From contig CBDFFH010000053.1 of the NCBI GenBank assembly GCA_965246715.1, positions 27,306 through 91,305 on the forward strand: a stretch of 64,000 bases of DNA. The letters run 5' to 3'. The notes under the pieces were generated by a model, which was not told the origin of the DNA, ran no database searches, and saw nothing but the letters and a program-made list of their open reading frames with translations. Below are positions 1 through 10,427 of the stretch, piece after piece (position 1 is the first letter of the stretch; every line of letters starts with the position of its first letter). A program made the position numbers and the translations under genes. The stretch comes from Chamaesiphon sp. GTDB taxonomy: Bacteria > Cyanobacteriota > Cyanobacteriia > Cyanobacteriales > Chamaesiphonaceae.

Positions 1-162
1 CATATACAACCCCGTGATATCTCCGGTAGCCTCACCGCCGAGAATATCAGGCTTTTCAAAATAAAATGATGCTTTACCCTGTTGTCCGGTTTTAGATTTG
101 GTTAGCCGAACGTCAGGTACTACTGATTCAGGGATTCCTTTAGAAAACTGGATTTCTGCCAT
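1..162 (-). CDS. psb28: Photosystem II assembly factor Psb28, 5' part (runs off window start)
   Basis: Hand translation from ATG at 162: MAEIQFSKGIPESVVPDVRLTKSKTGQQGKASFYFEKPDILGGEATGDITGLYM, the typical Psb28 N-terminus; absent from the ORF track. Confidence 0.93.
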   Translation of the reverse strand, partial: MAEIQFSKGIPESVVPDVRLTKSKTGQQGKASFYFEKPDILGGEATGDITGLYM

Positions 163-207
163 GGACGAAGTTGGTTAATGTTATCTTAATATACTAGTCG
201 ATCGGGA

Positions 208-1386
208 GTGTTGAAGTTGACTGATTTGAATCCTTATGATTGGATCGATCTGGCATTGGCAACGATCGATAAAGCAAATTGGTATCGCTCGCCGCAGGTA
301 ATCGCTAGTTTGCCAGGGACTCATGCAGTTATCGCTGGGCAAACTTTACTCAACTTTGGCAGTAACGATTATCTCGGGTTGGCAGGTGACGATCGATCGA
401 TCGCAGCAGCAATTGCGGCGACTCGACAATTTGGGACTGGAGCGACAGGTTCGCGGTTGACCAGCGGACACAAGCAGCTCCACCGCGACTTGGAGGTCGC
501 GATCGCGGCCTTAAAAGGCACTGAAGATGCGTTAGTCTTCAGTTCGGGGTACTTAGCTAATTTAGGGACGATTGCCGCGCTAGTGGGCAAAAAAGACCTG
601 ATTCTGAGCGATCGATCGAATCATTCCAGTCTCAAAAATGGTGCGTTACTTAGCGGTGCGACAGTTATGGAATACGCGCATTGCGATGTTACCGATCTCG
701 AGTACCAGTTACAGCGACATCGCGCCGATAATCGGCGCTGTCTGATGATTACCGATACAATTTTTAGTATGGACGGCGATATCTGCCCGCTCCCAGAGAT
801 CCTCAAGCTGGCGCAGGAATATCGATCGATGTTATTGGTGGATGAAGCTCACGCCACCGGAATTTTTGGGAAGACAGGTGCTGGGGTGGTCGAGCATTAT
901 GAGTTGACTGGTGCAGCTTTAATTGCGATGGGTACACTTAGTAAAGCCATCGGCAGTCTGGGTGGCTATGTAGCAGGGAGTGCCAAGACGATCGATTTCC
1001 TCCGCAATCGTTGTGCTAGTTGGATTTACACCACGGGTTTGTCTCCGGCAGACACAGCAGCGGCATTGAAGGCGATCGAAATTATTGCTACCGAGCCACA
1101 ACGACGCGATCGTCTGTGGCAAAATGTCAATTTGTTACAGTGGCTCTGCGCCGAACGGTTGCCAGATCTGCGGCTAATTCCCTCCCGATCTCCAATTATC
1201 TGTATCGAATTACCCGACGCTCGTACCGCAGTGTTAATGGGGGAAAAACTCAAACAAGCGGGTATTTTTGCGCCAGCAATTCGGCCGCCGACCGTGCCTA
1301 CCAGTAGGATTAGATTATCGCTCATGGCGACACATCAACCAGCACACTTAGAACGATTAGTGAGTGCGTTGGTGGTGGCACTCTAA
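208..1386 (+). CDS. bioF: 8-amino-7-oxononanoate synthase
   Basis: [42 protein letters not shown] (PLP Lys), AIRPPTVP. Confidence 0.95.
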   Translation: MLKLTDLNPYDWIDLALATIDKANWYRSPQVIASLPGTHAVIAGQTLLNFGSNDYLGLAGDDRSIAAAIAATRQFGTGATGSRLTSGHKQLHRDLEVAIAALKGTEDALVFSSGYLANLGTIAALVGKKDLILSDRSNHSSLKNGALLSGATVMEYAHCDVTDLEYQLQRHRADNRRCLMITDTIFSMDGDICPLPEILKLAQEYRSMLLVDEAHATGIFGKTGAGVVEHYELTGAALIAMGTLSKAIGSLGGYVAGSAKTIDFLRNRCASWIYTTGLSPADTAAALKAIEIIATEPQRRDRLWQNVNLLQWLCAERLPDLRLIPSRSPIICIELPDARTAVLMGEKLKQAGIFAPAIRPPTVPTSRIRLSLMATHQPAHLERLVSALVVAL

Positions 1387-1563
1387 TCGAGAATTGCTAA
1401 ATGTCGAGCACCCATCCACTGCGATCGATTGGCTAAAATAAGAATGAGCGAACATGGATAAATATTGCAATTACAGTCATTCAATCTGATGGCTGCTTGA
1501 CAAAGTAGTCAAAAAAAAACCACAATAGACCGCACGTAAATAACAGTTTTAGGATCGTTAGTT

Positions 1564-3468
1564 TTGGCAAAACCAAACTCCCGCTTTGATTTTGAACAGG
1601 CAAACCAAGTCACCAAGCAATTGGTGAACCAGATGCCCAAATGGTTGCGGCTGTCATTCATCCGAAGTTGGGTGTTCTGGGCCATTATTACCCTCGGTAT
1701 TTCTGGTGGGCTAGTGTATCTATCGTTGGGATTATTATTAAATCCTAAAGCAGTACCAAATTGCCCCGAAATATTCGTACCGATGTCCTCTGCCTCGCTG
1801 CGAGTTTATTGTGGACAGTTAGCTGCTAGCAAGCAAACGTTAAAGGATTTGGGCACCGCAATCGATCTCGTCAAAGATATTGCCCCCAACGATCCAACGC
1901 GCGGTTATGTCGATAGCAACGTCCAACGTTGGTCGCTGGCAATTTTGCGATTGGCTGAGGCTAGCTACCAAGAAGGTAACTATAACGAAGCGGTCAATGC
2001 TGCCAAAAAGGTACCGAATAATATTCCAGCAGCTAAAATCGTTGCCAAACGCTTGGGGCAATGGCAAGAAACCTGGGCAAAAGGTGTTGCTCTCGACAAA
2101 GAAACTAGAGCGTTATTACATAGCTCAAAATGGGTGAATGCGTATTCTGTCGCTGTGAAATTAACCCGTTTAAACAATCACTATTGGGCGACAACCAAAT
2201 ATCAAGAATTAGCAGATTTAGTCCAAATCGCCAAAGCGGACAGTGCTAAATTGGATGAAGCACGTCAGTTAGTCAAAAATACGGAGATCCCACCGCTACT
2301 CAAAGCGATCGAGATTGCCAAGAAAATCGATCCGAATAGTTTTGCTCAGACCGAAGCGCAAACGATTATCGGCACAGCCGCTAAAAAGATGTTCGACTTG
2401 GCACTAGCTAAATTCGATAAAAATGACTGGAAAGGTGCGCTCGAAATTGCTAATAAAACCCCGGAAACCGCTGAAATTAAAGTCCAATTGCAAGATCTCG
2501 TCAACCTATCCCAAGCCCGCTCTCATGCCATTGGTGGCACTATTTCCGAGCTAGAGACGGCGATCTCGCTGATCCAGAGTATCAAGCCCGAGAGTAAGAT
2601 CTATCAGCGATCGCAACAATACATCGGGAATTGGCAACTAGAAATCCAAGATCTCGCCGCGCTCCAACGTGCTCGCAGCGTCGCGACAACCGGGAATGTC
2701 AAAGATCTCCAAACGGCCATCGCCGAAGCCCAGCGTATCCCTGCGTCCAATCCACGCGGCAAAGAAGCTGCCCAAGTCGCTACCGAATGGCGCAAACAAA
2801 TCGAGACAGTTCAAGATACACCATATCTGACTGCTGCCGATAAGCTAGCCGCAGGTAACACGATCGCTGGACTGCAAAATGCGATCGGTCAACTCAACCA
2901 AATCAAGTCAGGGCGAGCGCTCTATGCCCAAGCACAACAAAAAATTCAAAAATGGACGAACGAGATCCAAACAGCCGAAGATGGCCCGATTTTAGCGCAA
3001 GCTGAAAGTTTGGCAAATAGTGGCGATCTCGTGGCGGCGGTAAATATGGCGCAACGGATCGGTGCGGGACGAGCATTGTCCGCTAAAGCTAGGGAAGAAT
3101 CCCGCGATTGGCAAGCCCAGCTCCAAGCTGCGGCTAACTTAGCAGCCGCTCAAAAATTGGCAGCTAGTGGCACCCCCGAATCGCTCTTAGGCGCGATTCA
3201 AGCCGCCGCGCGCGTCCCAAGAAGTTCGTCCTTGCGTGCCGATGCGAGATCGGCAATGGATGGTTGGAGCGCTCAAATGCTAGAAATCGCCCAAAGTGTC
3301 GCTAGCAGCGACTTACGCCGCGCGATCGCGATCGCCAAAGCTATTCCCGATAGTACGTCTGCATACAGTTCCGCCCAAAGCGCGCTCCAACAGTGGGAGC
3401 AGCAACTCAATCCCAGTCCGTCGCCGAGTCCGTCGCCGTCAGAAAATGATAATGGACTACCGCGTTAA
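1564..3468 (+). CDS. Conserved cyanobacterial membrane-anchored helical-repeat protein
   Basis: One N-terminal TM helix, PNCPxIF motif, repeated AIxxAxxIxxxxxxYxxAQxxIxxW units, (PS)5 tail. Confidence 0.75.
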   Translation: MAKPNSRFDFEQANQVTKQLVNQMPKWLRLSFIRSWVFWAIITLGISGGLVYLSLGLLLNPKAVPNCPEIFVPMSSASLRVYCGQLAASKQTLKDLGTAIDLVKDIAPNDPTRGYVDSNVQRWSLAILRLAEASYQEGNYNEAVNAAKKVPNNIPAAKIVAKRLGQWQETWAKGVALDKETRALLHSSKWVNAYSVAVKLTRLNNHYWATTKYQELADLVQIAKADSAKLDEARQLVKNTEIPPLLKAIEIAKKIDPNSFAQTEAQTIIGTAAKKMFDLALAKFDKNDWKGALEIANKTPETAEIKVQLQDLVNLSQARSHAIGGTISELETAISLIQSIKPESKIYQRSQQYIGNWQLEIQDLAALQRARSVATTGNVKDLQTAIAEAQRIPASNPRGKEAAQVATEWRKQIETVQDTPYLTAADKLAAGNTIAGLQNAIGQLNQIKSGRALYAQAQQKIQKWTNEIQTAEDGPILAQAESLANSGDLVAAVNMAQRIGAGRALSAKAREESRDWQAQLQAAANLAAAQKLAASGTPESLLGAIQAAARVPRSSSLRADARSAMDGWSAQMLEIAQSVASSDLRRAIAIAKAIPDSTSAYSSAQSALQQWEQQLNPSPSPSPSPSENDNGLPR

Positions 3469-3550
3469 CGATCGAATTTCGATCGAGTATATCTACAAGA
3501 GCGGAATTTTTGGTTAGGATCGCAAGTAATAGTTTCGAGAGACTCGATCG

Positions 3551-4126
3551 ATGACGCTGGCAACAAAGTTAACCTTGGCTGAATATCTAAGCTATGACGA
3601 TAGCTCGGATAATTGCTACGAATTGGAAAATGGGGAATTGCTACTAATGCCGTTTGAGAGCGAACTGAATCGGCGAATTGCAGTGTTTTTGCTAATTTAT
3701 TTCAGCCAGCAGGAAATTCCGGTGTCTCAGTTGACGATGAAGACGGAATTAGCGGTCAGTGGTGCTAGTGTATCGGTGCGGGTACCAGATTTGATGGTTT
3801 TATCGGCGGAGTTGGCGACAATTTTGGATGAAGCCACTAGATCGATTATCTTATTTGAGATGCCACCACCACGATTGGTAGTAGAGGTGGTGTCGCCAGG
3901 ACAGAAAAATATCGATCGAGATTATCGTTACAAGCGATCTGAGTATGCAGCGCGCGGAATTGCAGAATATTGGGTAGTCGATCCATTACAACAGGTAGTA
4001 ACAATTTTCCAGTTGGTAAATGGTTTATATGAGCTGGAAGAGTTTCGTGGGAAGGATTGTTTGCGATCGGGTTTGTTTGCTGGATTGAGTTTAACGGCAA
4101 AACAGGTTTTATCAGCGGGAGCATGA
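3551..4126 (+). CDS. Uma2 family (PD-(D/E)xK) endonuclease-like protein
   Basis: YELENGEL, RVPDLMV, LVVEVVSPG, DYRYKRSEYAARGIAEYWVVDP. Confidence 0.92.
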   Translation: MTLATKLTLAEYLSYDDSSDNCYELENGELLLMPFESELNRRIAVFLLIYFSQQEIPVSQLTMKTELAVSGASVSVRVPDLMVLSAELATILDEATRSIILFEMPPPRLVVEVVSPGQKNIDRDYRYKRSEYAARGIAEYWVVDPLQQVVTIFQLVNGLYELEEFRGKDCLRSGLFAGLSLTAKQVLSAGA

Positions 4127-4577
4127 CGATAATTATTTACAAAGCTACTACCAGAAGATCGGCTGCGCTAACCTAATACAGTAGAATTACAGAAAGATTT
4201 CTGTTTCAGATTGTGTTGAGTCTTCGTTTTCCGAAATTTTAAATCTAGCAGCATCATGACCGAAACAAAACTAAAAAAATTAATCGCTACAGCTAAAGCA
4301 GAACAGAGGGAAGAGCTAGATCTATCTGGATTGGATTTGGCAGTATTACCACCAGAGATCGGACAGTTGACACAGCTACAGCGATTAATTTTGGGGCGGA
4401 TTGACGGGAAAACGTATGAATCGGTAGGAAATCAACTGACCGATCTACCGTCAGAAATTGAAGGATTAACTAATTTAAAATTTCTGTCGATTTTTGCTAA
4501 TAAATTAACTAAAATCCCCGATTCGATCGCTAGTTTAACCAGTCTGCAAATACTCGACCTCAACAGCAACCAAATAA

Positions 4578-5893
4578 GGTGATTCCCGATAAAAAAGCCA
4601 CCCAGTTATAGTACTATTTTATTGGTAAGCCGAAGAAAGGAAGATAGTAGTATTGTTTAGCAATAAAACCGAACTCACGTTAAGTAGTAGCCAAAGAGAA
4701 GATTTACGGCTAGCTTCTGCTAAATTAAGCGGTGTAAAACGTCGTTACTTTCAAGCAGAAATGGCAATTAAATATTGCCAAGGAAACGCTAGATTGACAG
4801 AGAGGATATTTGGTTGGAGTAGAGAAACTGTAGCACTAGGGTTAGCAGAGAAACGAACTGGAATTATCTGTGTAGGAGCGCAAACAGGCTTTAGTGGGGC
4901 AAAAAGATGGGAGGAAAAACAACCAGAAGTTGCTGATTCACTGAAAAAATTAGCAGAGTCACATTCGCAACAAGATCCAACATTTGCAACAACGATTGCG
5001 TATACACGATTAACAGCGGCAGAAGCCCTCAAACAATTAGCCCAACAGGGTTATATGCCGGAGCAATTGCCATCGCTGAGTACGATGATAGAAGTTTTAA
5101 ATCGAACGGGCTATCGGCTCAGAAAAGTAGTGAAAGCAAAGCCTCAAAAAAAATTGCAGAAACCAACGATATCTTCGAGAACATCAACCAGCATCAAAAA
5201 CAGTTAGAATCAAAGAGAATCAAACGATTAAGTATTGACTGCAAAGCGAAAGTCAATATTGGAAATTTAAGTAGAGGGGGGAAAACTAGAGGAGATAATC
5301 AAGCTAATGACCATGACATGGGCTGTGAAGAAAAATATATCCCATGTGGAATCGTTGATGAAGATACTGGAGCTTTACAGATTAGTTTTGGTAGCTCTTA
5401 TAAAACAAGTGATTTTATTGCAGACACATTACAGGACTGGTGGGACATACTTCTACTGGAACAGCAGCAGACGATCGAGAAGATCCAAATTAAGGTGGAT
5501 AATGGCCCTGAAAGCAGTGGTGTGCGAACTCAGTTCTTAAAAAGAATGGTAGACTTTTCAGATAAAATTGGTAAATCTATTCACCTAATCTATTATCCAC
5601 CTTATCACAGCAAATATAATCCGATTGAAAGATGCTGGGGAGTTTTAGAAAAGCATTGGAATGGGGCAAAGTTATTAAATGTATCAGCCATGCTAGCATG
5701 GGCAGAGAGTATGACCTGGAAAGGATTGCATCCTATTATTCAATTAAATAGTAAGATTTATCAAAAAGGTATTTCACTCAATAAATCAGCAATGAAAGAA
5801 GTGGAAAAAAGATTAGAAAGGAACCCACTACTCCCTAAATGGGACATTCTGATCCGCCCTGCCTAACTGGTATGTTCTTTATCGGGAATCACC
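4578..5893 (+). mobile_element. ISAzo13-family insertion sequence, 1316 bp
   Basis: Terminal IRs GGTGATTCCCGATAAA / TTTATCGGGAATCACC; 3-bp TSD TAA at 4575-4577 and 5894-5896; DDE transposase inside. Confidence 0.9.
4653..5866 (+). CDS. ISAzo13 DDE transposase in two ORFs joined by a probable -1 frameshift
   Basis: A8 run at 5146-5153. The -1 frame reads KPQKKIAETNDIFEN..RLSIDCKAKVNIG..HD and joins ORF2 (DNGPE, YYPPYHSKYNPIERCWG). Confidence 0.85.
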
Positions 5894-6611
5894 TAACGGT
5901 GATTCCTGCGGCGATCGCTAGTTTAATCAGTTTCGAACAGCTCAACCTCAGTAGCAACCAAATCATGGTGATTCCTGCGGCGATTCGTCGATTACCAAAA
6001 CTAGTTTGACTGCTGACAGAATATTACGATTAAAATAGTTGGCAATCGTCCCCGTGATTTTATGACGATAATCGATCGCAAACTTAGGGAAATTCACGAA
6101 TACTTTCAAATCGAACCTGAAGACTATGAAACCATCATTCCTTGCAATTGTGATGTCTATACTGCTAGTCCGACCCCATTTGAATTTACACTAGATACAT
6201 TACACAAATATCTCGATCGCGGCAAATACTCGATCGAATGTCAGCAAAGTACCACCCAAGTCGATGTTCGCGGTTTAATCGATAATGTCTTGAGTGTCGA
6301 TCGATTAGACAGCAAGCAGGACAGAGATCCACTCGATTGGAGGAGAGATCGATCTCGACTAGATTCTTTTGGATCGAGAGTCAATAGTCAAGCAAATTGA
6401 TACCAATCAACCGCTCGCGAATCGGCTATTAAGTGCCACTCAAGCCGGAGGAGTAGCTGCGATCGAGCAATTTCTCAACCATCCCGCCGTGAGTTTTATT
6501 GTTGCCGCGATCGAAGATTGGGGAAAAACAAAGGTCGAGAAATAAGTCCACAAGCTAGCAATCGATCGATAATGGAATTAAGACATCAATCTAAAATTTA
6601 TAATTTTGTTT

Positions 6612-7385
6612 ATGGAAGTTATTCGCATTCCCGTTCTATCAGACAACTATATCTTTTTGATGGTCGATCGACATCGGCAGATCGCCGCAGTGGTAGATCC
6701 GGCAGAAGCCGCACCAGTAATGGTAGAATTGGCCCGCCAACAAGTTGAATTAGTCGCGATTTTTAATACCCACCATCATGGCGATCATGTTGGTGGCAAT
6801 AAAGAACTAATCTCAGTCTTTCCCAATCTCACTGTTTATGGCGGTGCCGAAGATCGGGGGAGAATTCCTGGACAGCAGATATATTTAAATGATGGCGATC
6901 GCGTACAGTTTGGCGATCGGGAAGCTGAGGTTTTCTTTATTCCTGGGCATACACGCGCCCATATTGCCTATTATTTCCCGCCAGCAACCAGTGACGAACC
7001 GGGCGAACTCTTCTGTGGCGATACAATTTTTGCAGGTGGTTGTGGCAGACTATTTGAAGGGACACCCGCGCAGATGGTGGCATCGATGACAAAATTGCGG
7101 CAATTACCCGACACTACCCGGATCTGGTGCGCTCACGAATACACGCTAGGCAATCTCAAATTTGCCGTTACTGTCGATCCGCAAAATCAAGAACTGCAGC
7201 AGCGACTCGTAGATGTCATCGCAGCCCGCGATAAATCTATCCCCACAGTGCCAACATTCATGGGCATAGAAAAACGTACCAATCCGTTTCTTCGTTGGGA
7301 TGAGACGGCTTTACAATCAAGTGTAGCCAGTCACGATCCGATCGAAACTTTCGCACGGATTCGCGGTCGCAAAGACCAATTCTAA
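6612..7385 (+). CDS. gloB: Hydroxyacylglutathione hydrolase (glyoxalase II)
   Basis: DNY, THHHGDHVGG, PGHT, FCGDTIFAGGCGR, CAHEYT, EKRTNPFLR. Confidence 0.95.
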   Translation: MEVIRIPVLSDNYIFLMVDRHRQIAAVVDPAEAAPVMVELARQQVELVAIFNTHHHGDHVGGNKELISVFPNLTVYGGAEDRGRIPGQQIYLNDGDRVQFGDREAEVFFIPGHTRAHIAYYFPPATSDEPGELFCGDTIFAGGCGRLFEGTPAQMVASMTKLRQLPDTTRIWCAHEYTLGNLKFAVTVDPQNQELQQRLVDVIAARDKSIPTVPTFMGIEKRTNPFLRWDETALQSSVASHDPIETFARIRGRKDQF

Positions 7386-7461
7386 TAGCTACCATCAGCG
7401 ATCGGCTCTACTAAATACGCTAATATAAGGTTCGTTTGGTGTGTGTTGGGAGGTAGGCTAA

Positions 7462-7908
7462 ATGAAATTTCGATTACGGCAGGTTGGCATTGTTGGGTTA
7501 GCAAGCGTTCTTGGGTTGACGATCGGCGGCTGTAGCGGTAGCAAGGTGACTCAGTGCGCCAATATGATTAAGGTTGTCAATCAAACTGTGATCGATACCA
7601 AAACTACCACTGAGTCTGGTACTAAAGGTGACATGCCTACGATCGAGAAATTAGTCGAAATCTTTGACAAAGCAGCAAAAGATCTAGAGTCTGTCAAGAT
7701 CGATGATGAAAAGTTGAAAACTTATCAAAGTCAGTTTTTGACGATGTATCGCGGCGCGACGGAAATCAACAAACAATTAATTGCTGGCATTAAAGAGAAA
7801 AAATCCACCAAGGTACATGAAGAACTCCGAAAGTCTCGCAATATCTTCAGTCCAGAACGAGATCTAGCTACTGGATTGACTCAATACTGTCAAGCAACAG
7901 AAAAATAA
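7462..7908 (+). CDS. Putative lipoprotein
   Basis: Signal peptide with lipobox-like IGGC; RBS GGAGG upstream; helical body with a Cys pair. Confidence 0.7.
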   Translation: MKFRLRQVGIVGLASVLGLTIGGCSGSKVTQCANMIKVVNQTVIDTKTTTESGTKGDMPTIEKLVEIFDKAAKDLESVKIDDEKLKTYQSQFLTMYRGATEINKQLIAGIKEKKSTKVHEELRKSRNIFSPERDLATGLTQYCQATEK

Positions 7909-8077
7909 GCCTAGAAATTATCGTGAATGATAAATTAAGAGAGTTTTGGCGGCAATCTGCCTGCAAGCGGTGCTCGAGCGTAGACATCCGAATAGTTGGT
8001 ACTATTTACGATCTCGACGATCGACGAACCCAATCTGGCAAAATTTGGTTACCACACTAAGCTCGATCGATCGATGA

Positions 8078-8488
8078 TTATTTTTCGTGCTTGACTTCTA
8101 CGACCATGTGAACGTTACCGCGTGGAGAAAAATCAGCTTTGACGGTAATTTGATACGGATCGGCGATCGCGACAAAATCATCTAAAATCTGATTTGCTGC
8201 TTCCTCGTGGGAAATATAGCGATCGCGGTAACTATTAATGTACAGTTTTAACGCTTTGAGTTCGACGACTTTTTGGTCGGGGACATAAATAATCTGGATC
8301 GTCGCAAAATCGGGATATCCAGAAAAAGGACATTTGCAGGTAAACTCTGGCAAACTAATATCCACGTTGTACCGTCTTCCCAGTCTAGGATTGGGGAAGG
8401 TAATTAATTCGCCATTGATAATTTCGCGTTCCCCATATTTCATCTCTGTAGGGGTAGTTGGTATCGCTTCGATATTCGCCTGAGTCAT
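8078..8488 (-). CDS. queF: PreQ0 (7-cyano-7-deazaguanine) reductase
   Basis: EFTCKCPFSGYPDFA, VELKALKLY, SHEE, FSPRGN. Confidence 0.95.
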   Translation of the reverse strand: MTQANIEAIPTTPTEMKYGEREIINGELITFPNPRLGRRYNVDISLPEFTCKCPFSGYPDFATIQIIYVPDQKVVELKALKLYINSYRDRYISHEEAANQILDDFVAIADPYQITVKADFSPRGNVHMVVEVKHEK

Positions 8489-8651
8489 GCTCGCTCGTTA
8501 ATGATTACAAGTATCTAATTTTAGCGAGATTATTCCGCCCGTGGGAATAGCAAAGTGAATTTAGCTACTCAGAGCCGACGATCGAGTAAAAGTATTCGAT
8601 AATTGATAAACTCTTACCCTCCACGCTCGACTATCCCCTACTCCCTATCCC

Positions 8652-9038
8652 CTAATTCAAATCGTTCTCCCCTTCCCAATCCGCACAGACATCGCCATCG
8701 CAGCCGTAGGGATGCATTCCGCAAACCAAAAGATTTCCAGCATAATTGGATCCATTATAGTTGCGGCAGCCGATGCAAGCAGGATGTGTGGACGGATCTG
8801 GGATGGGTTGTGTTTGGAGTGGGATATCCCAAGTAAATGATGTCGGTTCTTCAAGTTCTTGCCAAATTTCGGTGAGCACTTCTTTCAGTTCGTCCCATTG
8901 CAGATAGAGGATTTCCTGAGCTTCAGTAGTTACCTCTTCAACTAATTCTGTGAGTTCGCGACCAAACCCATCAAACAGCCCGGTTAGGTCTTTAATTATG
9001 GCGGAGATTTCGTTTTGCCATTCTTCCATAGCACACAC
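8652..9038 (-). CDS. Conserved hypothetical protein with Cys/His-rich C-terminus
   Basis: HPACIGC..LVCGMHPYG..C.DW motif after an acidic helical N-terminus. Confidence 0.7.
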   Translation of the reverse strand: MCAMEEWQNEISAIIKDLTGLFDGFGRELTELVEEVTTEAQEILYLQWDELKEVLTEIWQELEEPTSFTWDIPLQTQPIPDPSTHPACIGCRNYNGSNYAGNLLVCGMHPYGCDGDVCADWEGENDLN

Positions 9039-9537
9039 CTAGTAGTTATGTTAGCTTCTAAATCGATCGACAAAGATCGGCAGTTCGGCGATCGCATAAC
9101 CAATCGCCATTGGCAAAGCCTCTCTGCAAGAAAGACCGCGTGCAAGCTTTGAGTTAGCGGATCGCTCGATGAGATTGAAATGAATACCTAAGCTCAAGTT
9201 TATCATTCCCCGACACCGTTCCGATTTTGCTATCGAGGATACATATTATTCAGAGTTCTGGGAGACAAATCTTTACTAGTGTAGCGGCTGTTGTGGCGAA
9301 TCGATCGCCAATTGTCCGCATAAATTATTACTAGCGATCCGATCGGTGGCGAAGTCTCCGGGGCAAGAGAATCACGGGATAATAGATCGGATCGATCGTC
9401 TCTTGCATCGGTGAAAATGAGTAATCTAACTTGGCGATCGCATCCCAATCAACAAATTTCCAAAAATATTCTAGCTAAAATAGTAATTTAAGTGATTATT
9501 AAGTGCATAATAAAATTAACACCCTAATAATTTCACT

Positions 9538-10014
9538 ATGGCTAAAACTAAAGTCAAGTCCGATCCAAGTTCTTCACCTGAGACTACTACAACAGGAACA
9601 GAAGCCAAGAAATCGACAAAAGTAGCTGCAACTAACGATTCGTCAACTGAAACTATTTCGCCTGAAACTCCGCTCACTGGTAAAGCACTACTGCAAAAAG
9701 TCAAAGAACTTTCCCATCTTGCTAAGCGTGAAACAGCAAAGCAATGTGGTTACCTGAAAACTTCTCCATCCGGTGCGGTACGGACAGATCTATCGGGATT
9801 CTATGATGCGGTGCTATCTGCAAAAGGGGTCAAATTAGATGAGACTAGCAGAGACAGTCGGGGTAAAGTTGCAACATACAAGGCTACCGTTCACAAAAAT
9901 GGTCAGTTGTTAATTGGCTCTGCATATACCAAAGGTATGGGTCTCAAGGAAGGAGATACTTTTACAATCAAGCTCGGATACAAACACATCCACTTAATCC
10001 AGGACGACAATTAA
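9538..10014 (+). CDS. Cyanobacterial AbrB-like regulator (cyAbrB family)
   Basis: PLTGKALLQKVKEL..AKQCGY..FYDAVL..HKNGQLLIGSAYT..IKLGYKHIHL. Confidence 0.9.
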   Translation: MAKTKVKSDPSSSPETTTTGTEAKKSTKVAATNDSSTETISPETPLTGKALLQKVKELSHLAKRETAKQCGYLKTSPSGAVRTDLSGFYDAVLSAKGVKLDETSRDSRGKVATYKATVHKNGQLLIGSAYTKGMGLKEGDTFTIKLGYKHIHLIQDDN

Positions 10015-10048
10015 ATTGCTGGAGCGATCCTCATCAGTTGAGGAGCGA

Positions 10049-10081
10049 GTAGTAGCTAGGTTTAATTATCCTAGCTACTGC
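10049..10081 (+). terminator. Stem-loop downstream of cyAbrB
   Basis: GTAGTAGCTAGG..CCTAGCTACTGC inverted repeat. Confidence 0.5.
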
Positions 10082-10427
10082 TTCCCAATCTGGATCTTTT
10101 CGCGCGATCGAAGCACATATTTTTCCGATATAGATTGAAGCTATCTGTAGCAAAAAACCAAATCGGCTTCGCGAAATAAGCCAAGATGGCTAGAAATTTG
10201 AAGCTCAGGTTTTTAGTAGCTTGAGAATATTGTTAGGTCGTAGAAATCGATATTCGCAGTGACATGGCTCACTTGTAACGCTCAGCTCCAGATATCCTCC
10301 ACTAAAATTAGCAAAGATCGGTTGGAGTTAGGATATTCGACACTCTCGATCGACGGTCATGCTAATATAAACTTGCCACATAATACACGATTATAATGAC
10401 GCGTCAGCCGCGATCGATCTTAGCGGT

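Larger units (their letters stand above)
4256..6545 (+). pseudogene. LRR-Roc-COR (Roco)-type gene, IS-interrupted and internally deleted
   Basis: LRRs at 4256-4577 resume in frame after the IS (NQITVIPAAIASL..NLSSNQIMVIPAAIRRLPKLV*, stop 6007-6009). Then a COR C-terminal piece from about 6017 (IKIVGNRPRDFMTII..IPCNC..IECQQS..VDVRGLID) and a tail AGGVAAIEQFLNHPAVSFIVAAIEDW ending 6545. No Roc GTPase motifs left. Confidence 0.75.

Noticed and set aside
5146..5153. Transposase pseudogenisation
   Set aside because: A8 slippery site with both frames and both IRs intact fits programmed frameshifting
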